Below, piece after piece: positions 1-10,040 of a stretch of DNA of 40,915 bases (position 1 is the first letter of the stretch; every line of letters begins with the position of its first letter). A model generated the notes under the pieces. It was not told the DNA's origin. It saw only the letters and a list, made by a program, of their open reading frames with translations, and did not search any database. Both the position numbers and the translations under genes were made by a program. The stretch lies in contig CANRDM010000003.1 of assembly GCA_947629365.1 (NCBI GenBank), positions 1 to 40,915 on the forward strand, in the 5' to 3' direction. This stretch comes from an uncultured Bacilli bacterium (lineage in GTDB: Bacteria > Bacillota_I > Bacilli_A > RF39 > UBA660).

Positions 1-42
1 ATGCTTACTGCTTATATGCACAGTAAGGTAAAATGGTTCAAC

Positions 43-94
43 GCAATTTTAAAATTGCACAATAATTATATCACTCTGTATTATAAATCGACAA
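43..94 (-). promoter_or_regulatory. Extended -10 promoter with a downstream 16-bp palindrome (operator-like)
   Basis: Minus-strand TGATATAAT at 73-65, weak -35 TTGTCG at 94-89, perfect palindrome GCAATTTTAAAATTGC at 43-58. Confidence 0.45.
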
Positions 95-102
95 TATATA
101 AA

Positions 103-1470
103 TTAAATTTTCCTATCATTATAATTAAATAATTTACTAAATTCTTCCGATGCTTTATCCATTTCATAATTAATATTTTTTAATGCCCGTTCCATCTTTA
201 ACTTATTAGGAAATTTTGAAATATTATTTCCCCCTTTGAAATAATTTTCTAATACTAATTTTCTCCTTTGCTTATCACTAATATTGTTACTTTTTTTATT
301 GTTTAAATAGGCAATTTCTTGAATCAAATCATCTATGGTAATATAATTTTCATTTTTCTTATCTTTTACAATCATTTTAATATAATTGTATTTATATAAA
401 GAATGATTAACAATAGAATTATAAATATAATTATCAATATATTCTTCTTTTCTTGATACAATACTATTATTAATATCAACATCTTTTATATTATTATTCT
501 TATCTAAATTATCAAAATATTGATTTAAAGCAATTAAATCTTTATTAATTTCTTCTTTAGCATTATATAATATTGAATTTTCATCATTAAATAAATACTT
601 TTTGATTCTATTGGTAACTTCTTTTATTTCTTTCCCTAATTCATCATTTTTAATGGAATTATATTTTATCTTTTTAGATACCTGATTATTTTTTAATCTA
701 TATTGATTCAATAATTCTCCGAGTTTTAAAATATCTTCTTCAACATATATCTCACTAATGTTGTGTAGAGCAAAGTTTCTTTCTTTAGAATTAAAATAAG
801 ATTTTAAATTATCTATATCTTCATTAGTCTTTTTTAATAATGGTGTATAAAATTTTTCTCTTTCAATCGTAAGTTCAACAAGTCTTTTTAAATATCTTTG
901 CTCATCAAGTGATATTTTTCCTTTTCTCCTGTACCCTATTTTTTTGTCCGTACATTTAAAATTAGGACATTTTTCTATAAAAGCAAAGTGTATATGAGGT
1001 TGATGTACTCTATTAGTATGAACAGAAAAAACATAACTCATATTTTTAATGTCTTTAAAACCACAATACTTCAAAAAATTAGGAATTACCTCTTTAGCAA
1101 TTTTTTGCTCCAAAGTTTTTATATCAATATTTTCATCAAGATATTCTTTTTTAAAACTTAAAATGCCTTTCCATAAATTAGATTTTTCAATATATTTTTT
1201 ATATTCTTTTTTTAATCTTTGAATATCATCTTTAGTTGCATAAGATCCATTTTCTAAAATAAGATTATATTTTTCCTTTCTTGTATGCCCCATATAATAT
1301 TCAAACATACCAATAGTTTTTTTCTTTACATCCGAAAAATAATCTATCATATTATCAATATCATTTAATCTATTTTTTTCATAAATTGGAGATATATTTT
1401 TATTATCTCGGGAATTTAAGGCCAAACAATATTTATTTTTAAAAATAACATTTGGACTTCCTTTACTCAT
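103..1470 (-). CDS. Conjugative relaxase, MOBL/MobP2-like
   Basis: LWKGILSF and the HUH cluster SVHTNRVHQPHIHFAFIE. Start reset to the ATG at 1470 (MSKGSPNVIF), which overlaps the upstream stop. Confidence 0.8.
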   Translation of the reverse strand: MSKGSPNVIFKNKYCLALNSRDNKNISPIYEKNRLNDIDNMIDYFSDVKKKTIGMFEYYMGHTRKEKYNLILENGSYATKDDIQRLKKEYKKYIEKSNLWKGILSFKKEYLDENIDIKTLEQKIAKEVIPNFLKYCGFKDIKNMSYVFSVHTNRVHQPHIHFAFIEKCPNFKCTDKKIGYRRKGKISLDEQRYLKRLVELTIEREKFYTPLLKKTNEDIDNLKSYFNSKERNFALHNISEIYVEEDILKLGELLNQYRLKNNQVSKKIKYNSIKNDELGKEIKEVTNRIKKYLFNDENSILYNAKEEINKDLIALNQYFDNLDKNNNIKDVDINNSIVSRKEEYIDNYIYNSIVNHSLYKYNYIKMIVKDKKNENYITIDDLIQEIAYLNNKKSNNISDKQRRKLVLENYFKGGNNISKFPNKLKMERALKNINYEMDKASEEFSKLFNYNDRKI

Positions 1471-1792
1471 TAAAATTATCCTTACTATTAAATAATTCAT
1501 ATAAACATTTATCTTCGTTAATATTGGCATTAGATAAATAGCCAAAATTAGCAAATTGTTGTTTTGACAACTTAAAATGTAAATATTGCCTTTTAGATAT
1601 TTTTTCTAAAGAGTTATAAATTTCTTCCAATTTAACATCTAACTCTTTTAAATAATTTATTTCTCTTGGTTCATTAATATATTTTTCAAGTATTGCATTA
1701 ACAATTTTATTTACTGATGTTGAGTTATCTTTTGCCACAAGAGATAATCTATCAAAAATAAAATCATCAATCCTTATAGTTAATTTTTTCAT
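1463..1792 (-). CDS. Ribbon-helix-helix relaxosome accessory protein
   Basis: N-terminal RHH pattern KKLTIRIDD...LA...SVNKIVNAIL; coupled to the relaxase. Confidence 0.7.
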   Translation of the reverse strand: MKKLTIRIDDFIFDRLSLVAKDNSTSVNKIVNAILEKYINEPREINYLKELDVKLEEIYNSLEKISKRQYLHFKLSKQQFANFGYLSNANINEDKCLYELFNSKDNFNE

Positions 1793-2241
1793 TTTTTACC
1801 ATCACTATAATCTTTAACTCGAATTTTTCCGTCTTCATCTTTATAAATTAAGAAAGCAAGAAAATCGGGTTTGCTAATAACTTTCTTAATATACTCAATT
1901 AAATGTCTATCGGCATCAGTTATATTACATTCTTTATTCAATGCTTTATATGAATATTTATTTTTATCATTAAAATAATCTTCTCCAAATTTTTGATATT
2001 TTTTCATCCAACAATATAATCTTTTTTGAGGCGTTCTATCATCTAAAATATTCATATCAAAACCGCCACTAACAAAAATTTCTCTAGCGGTTTTCTCATT
2101 ATGAAAAATTTTTTCTTTTACAGCCCACAATTTAAAATCATTTTTATAAATTATTTGGCTTTTATTTTTTATTCTTTCAACATTAGGATTACTTAATAAT
2201 ATTCTTATCTCATTATCATTATAAATTCTAATTTTATTCAC
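1789..2241 (-). CDS. HTH protein resembling IS3-family OrfA N-terminal domains
   Basis: YNDNEIRILLSNPNVE...YKNDFK...TAREIF..GGFD...WMKKY..FG pattern; overlaps both neighbours. Confidence 0.55.
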   Translation of the reverse strand: MNKIRIYNDNEIRILLSNPNVERIKNKSQIIYKNDFKLWAVKEKIFHNEKTAREIFVSGGFDMNILDDRTPQKRLYCWMKKYQKFGEDYFNDKNKYSYKALNKECNITDADRHLIEYIKKVISKPDFLAFLIYKDEDGKIRVKDYSDGKK

Positions 2242-2443
2242 AATTATTACCTTCTCTTTCTAATTTTAAATTTTGTTCTTCATAATATTTATCAAATCTT
2301 TTTATATATGTTTGATAGCCAAGTTCTACTATATAATTTAACATTTTAGTAAAATTTAAATTATTTTTCTTGGCTAACAATTCAATTCTTGTTTTTAAAT
2401 TATCATCCATTCTTATTGAAAATTTAACTATTTCTCTATTCAT
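2234..2443 (-). CDS. Arc/RHH DNA-binding protein
   Basis: VKFSIRMDDNLKTRIELLAKK pattern; GGAGG RBS. Confidence 0.7.
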   Translation of the reverse strand: MNREIVKFSIRMDDNLKTRIELLAKKNNLNFTKMLNYIVELGYQTYIKRFDKYYEEQNLKLEREGNNCE

Positions 2444-2455
2444 AAAACCTCCATA

Positions 2456-2730
2456 ATTTTTTTAGAGTAGCCACTAAACAATACTTTTAAGGTGTTTTTT
2501 CTAATAAAAATATTGCATATTTTTAATGAGCATAAGATAAATGCCACCCAAATTCTTTTAAAGCCTTATAAAAGCCTGGCTAAAAGGGGTGGCATAACTA
2601 TTTCCGCACTTGCGAAAATGACCACTAATTTATTTTTAAGTGGCTACTCTATAAGAAAAACGCTCCTTAATTAGACAAATTTAGTGGCTACATATTTTAA
2701 AAAAATGACTACTCTAAAAAATAGCCATTT
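2456..2730. other. Candidate oriT with nested inverted repeats
   Basis: Intergenic, upstream of the RHH-relaxase genes. Exact 13-bp IR at 2463-2475/2639-2651, 9-bp IR at 2541-2549/2587-2595, small hairpin TTTCCGCACTTGCGAAAA at 2601-2618. Confidence 0.6.
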
Positions 2731-2770
2731 CAAATGTGCCTCCCGTTATTTATCAATAAAATTTTACATT

Positions 2771-3694
2771 TTAATTTTTATAATCGAATAAATTATTTTG
2801 TGAATTATCAAAATTATAATGATAATTAAATCTTTGTAAATTAAAATCAATCAATAACATACCATCTATTTTTTCTCTACTTACATTTTCTACTTGAAAA
2901 TGTAAGTGATTACCTGTCGAATATCCAGTCGTTCCTACCTCGGCAATTTCAGTCCAGTGATTGACTTTATCTCCGACTTTAACTTTAGCACTATTTGGAT
3001 AAAGATGTTCTAAAACTACATAATAAATCTCATTATAATCTTCATCACATTTTATAGTTATTTGATTCCCTGTACTATTTCCACTTTGACTATATGGAAC
3101 ATTTTCATCTTGCGTGAAAACAACTTTATCAATTACTCCGTTACAAACCGAATATACAGGAGTTTTTGATGGTGCTAACAAATCCCAACCACTATGAACA
3201 TTATTTTCTCCGTATATAACTCTTTGTTCATTAAAAAAACTCGTTATTGTAAAATCAATATCTAATGGCAAATTAAATCGACCATCACTAACAACTAAAT
3301 ATTCTTCATTATCTTTTATATTAGTTTCATTACAAGCAATCATATTAACTAGTTTTTGATCTTCACAAACAATTTGAATATCTCTTGTGATTTTTTGTTC
3401 TTTGTTAAGATTAACATCATATAAATAATCAAATGATAAAGATGTATTTTCTAAATAAAAATATAATAATCTTTGTAACGGAACATATCCATCCTTAATA
3501 TATTTATTAACTACTTTAATATAATTTGTAGCATATTCGGCATTGTTTTGAATCTTATCTTTTGTAAGTTTAGCACCAAAAAAATCTAATAACATCATTA
3601 CGCAAATTAACATTAAAATTGCTCCCATTATAGTTAAAACTGCACCACTACCAATAATTTTTAAGAAAATATTTTTTTGTTTTTTATCTCGCAT
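2771..3694 (-). CDS. M23-family peptidase (conjugative cell-wall hydrolase)
   Basis: HSGWDL (HxxxD) and GTTGYSTGNHLHF (HxH); N-terminal TM segment. Confidence 0.85.
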   Translation of the reverse strand: MRDKKQKNIFLKIIGSGAVLTIMGAILMLICVMMLLDFFGAKLTKDKIQNNAEYATNYIKVVNKYIKDGYVPLQRLLYFYLENTSLSFDYLYDVNLNKEQKITRDIQIVCEDQKLVNMIACNETNIKDNEEYLVVSDGRFNLPLDIDFTITSFFNEQRVIYGENNVHSGWDLLAPSKTPVYSVCNGVIDKVVFTQDENVPYSQSGNSTGNQITIKCDEDYNEIYYVVLEHLYPNSAKVKVGDKVNHWTEIAEVGTTGYSTGNHLHFQVENVSREKIDGMLLIDFNLQRFNYHYNFDNSQNNLFDYKN

Positions 3695-3876
3695 TATTTG
3701 TACTTATCAAAATGAGTGTAATAATATTTTCCATCACTTTTGATAATCTCCATTAATTTTTCTTTAGAAAGCAAATCTAATAAAAAGTCCATAAACGATT
3801 CATTTGGATCTTCAAATTCTTCTATATAAATTTTTCTAAATGCGTTTTTCAACTCTTTTTTAGAAACTTTTTTCAT
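3694..3876 (-). CDS. Small hypothetical protein
   Basis: 60-aa ORF overlapping both neighbours in the transfer operon. Confidence 0.55.
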   Translation of the reverse strand: MKKVSKKELKNAFRKIYIEEFEDPNESFMDFLLDLLSKEKLMEIIKSDGKYYYTHFDKYK

Positions 3877-6374
3877 ACTTCAATTTCTTCTTCCATTAAT
3901 TCAAGTTCAAGTGGTGTTGCTACTATTTTTATTCTTATTCTTTTTTTAGAATTAATAGTAAGTAAAAACTCTCCCATTTCGGCTTGATTTAAAAATTCTT
4001 TTTGTGTATCGGTCAATGGATTTTGATAGAATAATTTTAAATAAGTTGCTAAATCGTCTTCCTTTAGCATTCCGACTAACTGATATTGACAATTATTAAA
4101 TATTGCCGTGGCACTTCTAACACTATCATCATCTCCTAAAAAATCGTGAATGCTTTGTGTCGCAGGAATAAATGCTCCGTGATATTTTCTTATTCTTCTT
4201 GCTATTTGCTCAAAAGTTAGTAAAACTTCACTATCAGTATTTTTCAAATATAAATGAAATTCATCAACAATAATTGCTATATTTTTAATATCTTTTTTAT
4301 CAACAATATTATCATTTACTATCTTATTTCTTACAATTATATTATTTAAATATGTTAAAAGGTTTACTAATTGAGTAGTAATGATTCTTTTATTTTTACT
4401 ATACAATAAGTCTTTTACATTAAAAGCAATTAAATTTGATTCAAGATTAACTGATGTGTATCCATTAAATAACATTGCATCAATTCCTACTTTAAATCTA
4501 TCTAATAATATTTCCAATTTATCAATTATTTTTAATTGCTCGGGATTGGAAATCATATTTCGATAATCAGGTAAAAAGTTAATTAAATCGGAAAAAATAG
4601 GATAATCGGTATTCTCTAATTTTTCTAAACTTGAAATTTTAGTATTTTTAGTTATACCAAATCTACTATATAATTTTTCTATCATATCGAGTAAAATCAC
4701 AGTTTCACTTTCAGTTATTTCTTCAAATGCACATTTAATAAACGTTTCTAATGAACCTAAATGCTTGGCAAGAGGACAATCTTCATAATTAATTTTATCT
4801 ACTGCATTATTATCTTTTTCTTCTTTATCACTTGGAAGAAATCTAACTTGTAAAGGATTAATTATTCCTCCACTTGCCGAATATAAATCAATATATTCGC
4901 CTTTATTCTTTTTAACTAGTTTTTCATACTCTCCCTCGGCATCAAATAAAAAGCATTTATTCCCCCGATATATTTCATTAACAATCATTTTCTTTAAAGT
5001 AAAACTTTTTCCACCACCAGTAGATGCTATAATTGCTAAATTGCTTGATGGTCTAGTAGCGTCTTTATAAAAAAAATCAAATATTGTAGGTAATGCTGTA
5101 TGAATATCTACTCCTAAAACATATCCGCTTTCATCATTAAAATTTGTAATTGTTAGTGGAAAAGATGCCGCAAGAGTTAAACTTGGAAGATAATTATGAT
5201 AATCTTCAAAGCCTTTTTTAGATATATCAAATGCTTTCCAACCTTCCATTTGCCTCATTCTTGGAGCATCTAATTTAATTCTAAAAACATCGGCTATTTT
5301 TTTTAATTCTTTTAATCTTTCCTCTCGTTCTTTCACATTACCATTAATTACAATAATAAAATCTACTTCTTTAATTTTTTCATCGCCATTTTTAATTTGG
5401 TTCATTAATGCTTGAAAATTTTCTTTCTCCGCATCTAATTCAGTTGCATCAGATAATTTTCTTGTCGTATTTCTTTCGGAAATTAAAAATTCATAATTAT
5501 TATCTAATCTTCTCACTAACTCATCAGTTGATATTGTATCTTTAATATGAATACAACATCTTGTATTAGGCACATTGAATAATTCTTCAAAAAATAATTC
5601 ATCTATAAAAGGTGGAAGTCTTTTAATTGTAACTACTTGTATCTCTTCTTCATCGGCTTTTATACAACTCATATTTTCTTGTATAAAAAAAGGAGAGATT
5701 AAATCGATTAAATCACTCCACATTAATTGTTCTATATTAGCATTAGAAAAATAAAGGTTTATAAGAAATTGATATATTTCTAATTTATTTATCATTGGTT
5801 TAACATTTAATCTTGGTGTCATATTATAGGTATATAATATAACTTCTTCGGATGTATGCTCTAATATTTTATCATTATCACTAATTAATACAAAATAATA
5901 CCTACTATTTGTTGTAAGATTTTCTCTTTCCAACATTTCTAATCTATCATATCTTTCTTTTAAAAATTCCTTTTTTTCTTCATCTTGCGAATATTTATTA
6001 ATAAGATTTTTATAATAGTCTTTATTTGCATTAAGATCTATTTTATCATCTAATTTATAAATTCTTAAATTTAAATCTTTTAATTGATATAAATACTTTA
6101 GTTGATGGAAAAAATTTACTTTTTGATTATTTGATGTTAAAGACAAATCTATTGCTTCAACTGATAAGACTTTAGCAAAACTATTATCACGTAATTTAAT
6201 CATTCCGTTATTATCTACAAAATCAACATTAACAAAAACCTCGGCATTACTTAATTTTTTTTCTAAAATGTTTTCAGTAATGTATTCTTTTTTTAACTTT
6301 TCCCTTTTTTTAATGAAGTTATCTATAATTTTTCGTTCTTTTTGTTTTTTTATTTCTTCTTTATTTTGTTCCAT
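3873..6374 (-). CDS. virB4: VirB4-family conjugation ATPase
   Basis: Walker A ASTGGGKS, FDAEGEY, INPL, Walker B IIVDEFH, RRIRKY..ATQ. Confidence 0.9.
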   Translation of the reverse strand: MEQNKEEIKKQKERKIIDNFIKKREKLKKEYITENILEKKLSNAEVFVNVDFVDNNGMIKLRDNSFAKVLSVEAIDLSLTSNNQKVNFFHQLKYLYQLKDLNLRIYKLDDKIDLNANKDYYKNLINKYSQDEEKKEFLKERYDRLEMLERENLTTNSRYYFVLISDNDKILEHTSEEVILYTYNMTPRLNVKPMINKLEIYQFLINLYFSNANIEQLMWSDLIDLISPFFIQENMSCIKADEEEIQVVTIKRLPPFIDELFFEELFNVPNTRCCIHIKDTISTDELVRRLDNNYEFLISERNTTRKLSDATELDAEKENFQALMNQIKNGDEKIKEVDFIIVINGNVKEREERLKELKKIADVFRIKLDAPRMRQMEGWKAFDISKKGFEDYHNYLPSLTLAASFPLTITNFNDESGYVLGVDIHTALPTIFDFFYKDATRPSSNLAIIASTGGGKSFTLKKMIVNEIYRGNKCFLFDAEGEYEKLVKKNKGEYIDLYSASGGIINPLQVRFLPSDKEEKDNNAVDKINYEDCPLAKHLGSLETFIKCAFEEITESETVILLDMIEKLYSRFGITKNTKISSLEKLENTDYPIFSDLINFLPDYRNMISNPEQLKIIDKLEILLDRFKVGIDAMLFNGYTSVNLESNLIAFNVKDLLYSKNKRIITTQLVNLLTYLNNIIVRNKIVNDNIVDKKDIKNIAIIVDEFHLYLKNTDSEVLLTFEQIARRIRKYHGAFIPATQSIHDFLGDDDSVRSATAIFNNCQYQLVGMLKEDDLATYLKLFYQNPLTDTQKEFLNQAEMGEFLLTINSKKRIRIKIVATPLELELMEEEIEV

Positions 6375-6386
6375 TAATTAATCATC

Positions 6387-6659
6387 CTAGCCTTTCTTTT
6401 TATATATAAATATTTTCTCTCTAATTAAATAATTAATAATTAATTCTATGACTTTATACATTCTATTTTTTTTACTAACATTAATTGGAAGTAAACAAAA
6501 TATTCCAATCATTAAACCAACTATTGCCGGAATCTTTAATGAAGTAAAGCAAAAGAAAAATATAAATAAAATAATCATAGGTAAAGATATTATAATATCT
6601 AGAACTTCCAAACCTTTAAAGCCTAAATTCCTTTTTATTGATTTTAAAGTGATATACAT
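6387..6659 (-). CDS. VirB3/PrgI-like small membrane protein
   Basis: Two hydrophobic helices, directly upstream of VirB4. Confidence 0.55.
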   Translation of the reverse strand: MYITLKSIKRNLGFKGLEVLDIIISLPMIILFIFFFCFTSLKIPAIVGLMIGIFCLLPINVSKKNRMYKVIELIINYLIREKIFIYKKKG

Positions 6660-6676
6660 TTGTACCTCCTAACTTT

Positions 6677-8065
6677 TTACATCATTTTTTTTCTTCTTCT
6701 ATAATAAGAAGTATTATAACTAGCCCTCGGTATTACTCTTCTAACTGCATTTTCGATGCTATTTGCACCGGCATTAATAAAAGTATCACTTGCACTAAAT
6801 TTGTTCGGGTTACTTTTTCTTCCCATTTTTTGTCCTGCAACATACATTCTACTTCCCATTGTTGACATAAATTTTTGAATTTTATTTGGTTCTTTATTAC
6901 TTTTCGAATCAACCGTCCCCAATGTTCCCAATGCCATACCTGCTCGAGATAGGGCTCGTGATCCAATCGCTTTACCACCTTTTATAGCACCACCAGTTGC
7001 TAATAAACCACCACCTAGTGTTGCTCCGGTTGCTAATGTAGCACCAACACTTGCCATTTTTCCATATCCCATTAATGACATTAATTGTTCTCTTCCATTT
7101 GCGGCACTAACATTTGCTCCTATGAATCTATTTATTACTTGACTTCCTGTTAATATAAAGGTTGCACAGCCTAAATATAATAATGATTTAATAGTTAAAT
7201 TCATAAATGTATTTGTAAAGAAACTGGTATTATTTATTTCTTGCATAATCATTACTGTCAAATTCACTATTAAAATAATAACAACACTTTGCAATGCTAA
7301 TGACACTAATTGTTCTATTACTGCACCTCTCCTTTGTTTATTACATATACTTGTTGAAAAAACTATTGGAGAAATTGAAAATAAAAACAAGAATTCAACT
7401 TGTCTTCTACCTAACATAATTCCTGCAAAAAACAAACTATATAAGAAAAAACCTCCACTTATAATAGCCATAAACCAATTTATATCATATTTATAATCTT
7501 TTTCATCCGAAAGTATTAATCGTGATTTAGTAACATATTTTTCAATATATTTTTCTTCTTTATCAAAAGAACCATTTTGTATTAATTCTTCTATACTACT
7601 ATTCTCGTTAAATTTATCGCTATTTTTATAATTATCATTATAAGAAACATACATTTCAAGAATAGAACTACTCATTTTAGTATTAACACTATTTTTAAAT
7701 ATATTGCTTATGTAATTGGAAAGAACTATTGAAAAATTAGATACTTGAACAAACAAAAATGTCGATAACATAATTAATAAACCACATTTTATTGTTTCTA
7801 CGATAATATTTTTAAATGAATTTTCATCATCAGGATCCAACAATTTATTTATAAATTTCCAAACTATAAACAAAGCAAATAATGTTAATGATATAGCCAT
7901 TACTCCAGTATAAAAACTTTTAAATGCTTGATTACTAGATAACGAATTAATTATATCTATTATATTTAATTTTTTTATAATTTCAAACAAACCATCTATT
8001 AAGTTATAAATAAAACTTATTAAATACCACCCTAAACTTCTTAATAAATCAAATACCTTTATCAT
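6677..8065 (-). CDS. VirB6-like polytopic T4SS membrane protein
   Basis: Many TM helices, RQVEFLFLFSISP motif, Gly/Ala-rich C-terminus. Confidence 0.75.
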   Translation of the reverse strand: MIKVFDLLRSLGWYLISFIYNLIDGLFEIIKKLNIIDIINSLSSNQAFKSFYTGVMAISLTLFALFIVWKFINKLLDPDDENSFKNIIVETIKCGLLIMLSTFLFVQVSNFSIVLSNYISNIFKNSVNTKMSSSILEMYVSYNDNYKNSDKFNENSSIEELIQNGSFDKEEKYIEKYVTKSRLILSDEKDYKYDINWFMAIISGGFFLYSLFFAGIMLGRRQVEFLFLFSISPIVFSTSICNKQRRGAVIEQLVSLALQSVVIILIVNLTVMIMQEINNTSFFTNTFMNLTIKSLLYLGCATFILTGSQVINRFIGANVSAANGREQLMSLMGYGKMASVGATLATGATLGGGLLATGGAIKGGKAIGSRALSRAGMALGTLGTVDSKSNKEPNKIQKFMSTMGSRMYVAGQKMGRKSNPNKFSASDTFINAGANSIENAVRRVIPRASYNTSYYRRRKKMM

Positions 8066-8079
8066 TATATAAAACCCTC

Positions 8080-8355
8080 TTATATAAATAATCTAATAAT
8101 TATATTAACTAATGAAATGGCTAAAATAATTCCAAATATTCCTAGAAAAGTTTGTATGATTCTCGTTTTTACCCTTTGTTTTTGATCTACATCTACTATT
8201 GCATACATTATAAAACAAATCACTAATGCTACACCGGCGAGGGACATTCCAACTGCTATTGCCCAGTCAGTCACTTGCTTAATAACATTTAAAATTGTAT
8301 CTATGGTATAAGTACCACCCTCTAATTCTTGAATAGTTAATATATTAATATTCAT
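8080..8355 (-). CDS. VirB2/TrbC pilin-like protein
   Basis: 91 aa, two TM helices with a basic linker, upstream of the VirB6-like gene. Confidence 0.65.
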   Translation of the reverse strand: MNINILTIQELEGGTYTIDTILNVIKQVTDWAIAVGMSLAGVALVICFIMYAIVDVDQKQRVKTRIIQTFLGIFGIILAISLVNIIIRLFI

Positions 8356-8387
8356 TTTTATCCACCCTTTCTTTTTAACTAAACTAC

Positions 8388-8448
8388 AAAAATAAAATAA
8401 CTACACAATATAAAGAAAATTTATTTTTTCTAAATATGTGTAGTTATT
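8388..8448 (-). terminator. Long hairpin, probable intrinsic terminator inside the transfer region
   Basis: Perfect 12-bp IR AATAACTACACA (8396-8407)/TGTGTAGTTATT (8437-8448) followed by a T-rich tract on the minus strand. Confidence 0.55.
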
Positions 8449-8456
8449 ATTAAATT

Positions 8457-9131
8457 CTATATCGATACTTCTATATTATTATTTTCTAATTCATCTAATA
8501 ACGAATCATTTAAATATGAATTTACTAAATCTTTATTGTAAATAATTTCTTCAATATCTACTTTATCATCATTACCGGCAATAAAACATTTACCATTAAA
8601 TGAATTATCCTTTTCACTAAAATTTCTCTCAAAGATTAAAGGCACAGTATTTTCACAATTAGAATGATAAATTGCGAAAAAGCCTTTTTGTTTTGATTTT
8701 AATTCTTTTTCAACATAGATATTGTTATCTACGATAAAGCCGATAACTTCATAATATTGATTAAATTCTTTACTATATGCCTGTCCTCTAACTAATGGCC
8801 CAATTTCAGTTGGTCTTAATTCAAATTCTTTTGTATTTGAATTTCTAATAATATCTAAACATCTTTTAATTTTTTCTTCCATTGATGAACTATCGAGTTC
8901 TTTCATTGACTGATAATACCAAGTGCTATTTTCTATCAAATCGGATTTCTCATTTAAAATATCTTTTATAAAAATGTTGCTTTTTATCATATAGCCTTGT
9001 TCTTTATCACTCCATAAATCTAATGTTGTAAAAAATATTTGATCATCAAAATCATATCCAAGAAAATAATATTTATTATCATCTACGCCAATAAATGCTT
9101 GACCCTTTTTTAATTCATTTTTCAAGTTCAT
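8457..9131 (-). CDS. Hypothetical protein
   Basis: Start reset to the ATG at 9131 (AAGGGAAG RBS); overlaps the upstream gene. Confidence 0.65.
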   Translation of the reverse strand: MNLKNELKKGQAFIGVDDNKYYFLGYDFDDQIFFTTLDLWSDKEQGYMIKSNIFIKDILNEKSDLIENSTWYYQSMKELDSSSMEEKIKRCLDIIRNSNTKEFELRPTEIGPLVRGQAYSKEFNQYYEVIGFIVDNNIYVEKELKSKQKGFFAIYHSNCENTVPLIFERNFSEKDNSFNGKCFIAGNDDKVDIEEIIYNKDLVNSYLNDSLLDELENNNIEVSI

Positions 9132-9618
9132 CACTTCCCTTTTCACAATCATCATTAAACATTGTTTGTAAACAACCATAAGCACATATTTTATATTCAT
9201 TATCATTAAGAATGATTAAATTATTAAGATTATATTTTTCTATTTCTTCTTGTAAAGTTAAAATATCTTCTTCGGTAAAATCGTAATTTTCTTTCAAATC
9301 ATTCCAATCATTATAATCAATATGACACATATTTGATTCACTTTCACAAACAAAATTATATACATATTTTAGTAATGGACTTAATTCGCTAACTTTTGGT
9401 AAAGAAAATTCTCTACCATTATTTTTTTCTATAAGAGAATACAATGCATTTTCTATTTCTTCAATAGAAGAATTATTATAATCACATTTAATATCATATA
9501 TATTATAATAATCTATAACATTAGCAATTTCCAAAGTTTTTTGGTCTTCAATAGTATAATTAACATATAAATCATCTTGATCGTTCCAATAATTTATTAT
9601 TTTATATTTATACTTCAT
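9115..9618 (-). CDS. Hypothetical acidic protein
   Basis: 167-aa ORF tightly packed in the operon. Confidence 0.65.
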   Translation of the reverse strand: MKYKYKIINYWNDQDDLYVNYTIEDQKTLEIANVIDYYNIYDIKCDYNNSSIEEIENALYSLIEKNNGREFSLPKVSELSPLLKYVYNFVCESESNMCHIDYNDWNDLKENYDFTEEDILTLQEEIEKYNLNNLIILNDNEYKICAYGCLQTMFNDDCEKGSDELEK

Positions 9619-9620
9619 AA

Positions 9621-10040
9621 TTATCTTTCCATTTCAGTTTTATCTTTTGATTCATTATTTTTAGTTAATTCACTAACTTTACCATCAGAAGTATAAACTT
9701 TGTTATTCTTTTTATCAGTAACTTCAAAACCTGTCATAACTATAACTTTATCTTTATAAGTTTTTCCGTCTTTTTCTACATCTTTTTGATATGTTGATAT
9801 TTTACCTTTAACGGCAATCCAATCGCCTTTTTTCATTTCATTACCATAAGTATTTACTAATTCTCCTCTCAATATAATTGGAATATAAATTGTATTTTCA
9901 TAATCATTTTGGGCTAAATCAAATCTTAATGCTTTTTTACCATTTTGATTAGTAAATACTTCGTTAATATTAGCAACATTGCCCTCAAGTTCAAATTGGT
10001 TTTTGGATTTTTTAGTTTCTTTTCTTACTTCTTCATTCAT
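9621..10040 (-). CDS. ssb: Single-stranded DNA-binding protein
   Basis: OB-fold pattern NQFELEGNV...RFDLA...KKGDWIAVKGKI; no DDxPF tail. Confidence 0.8.
   Translation of the reverse strand: MNEEVRKETKKSKNQFELEGNVANINEVFTNQNGKKALRFDLAQNDYENTIYIPIILRGELVNTYGNEMKKGDWIAVKGKISTYQKDVEKDGKTYKDKVIVMTGFEVTDKKNNKVYTSDGKVSELTKNNESKDKTEMER

Noticed and set aside
1789-2241. Complete IS3 element
   Set aside because: No DDE transposase ORF or terminal inverted repeats.
2492-2674. 60-aa plus-strand ORF
   Set aside because: No RBS, and it runs across the repeat-rich oriT candidate.
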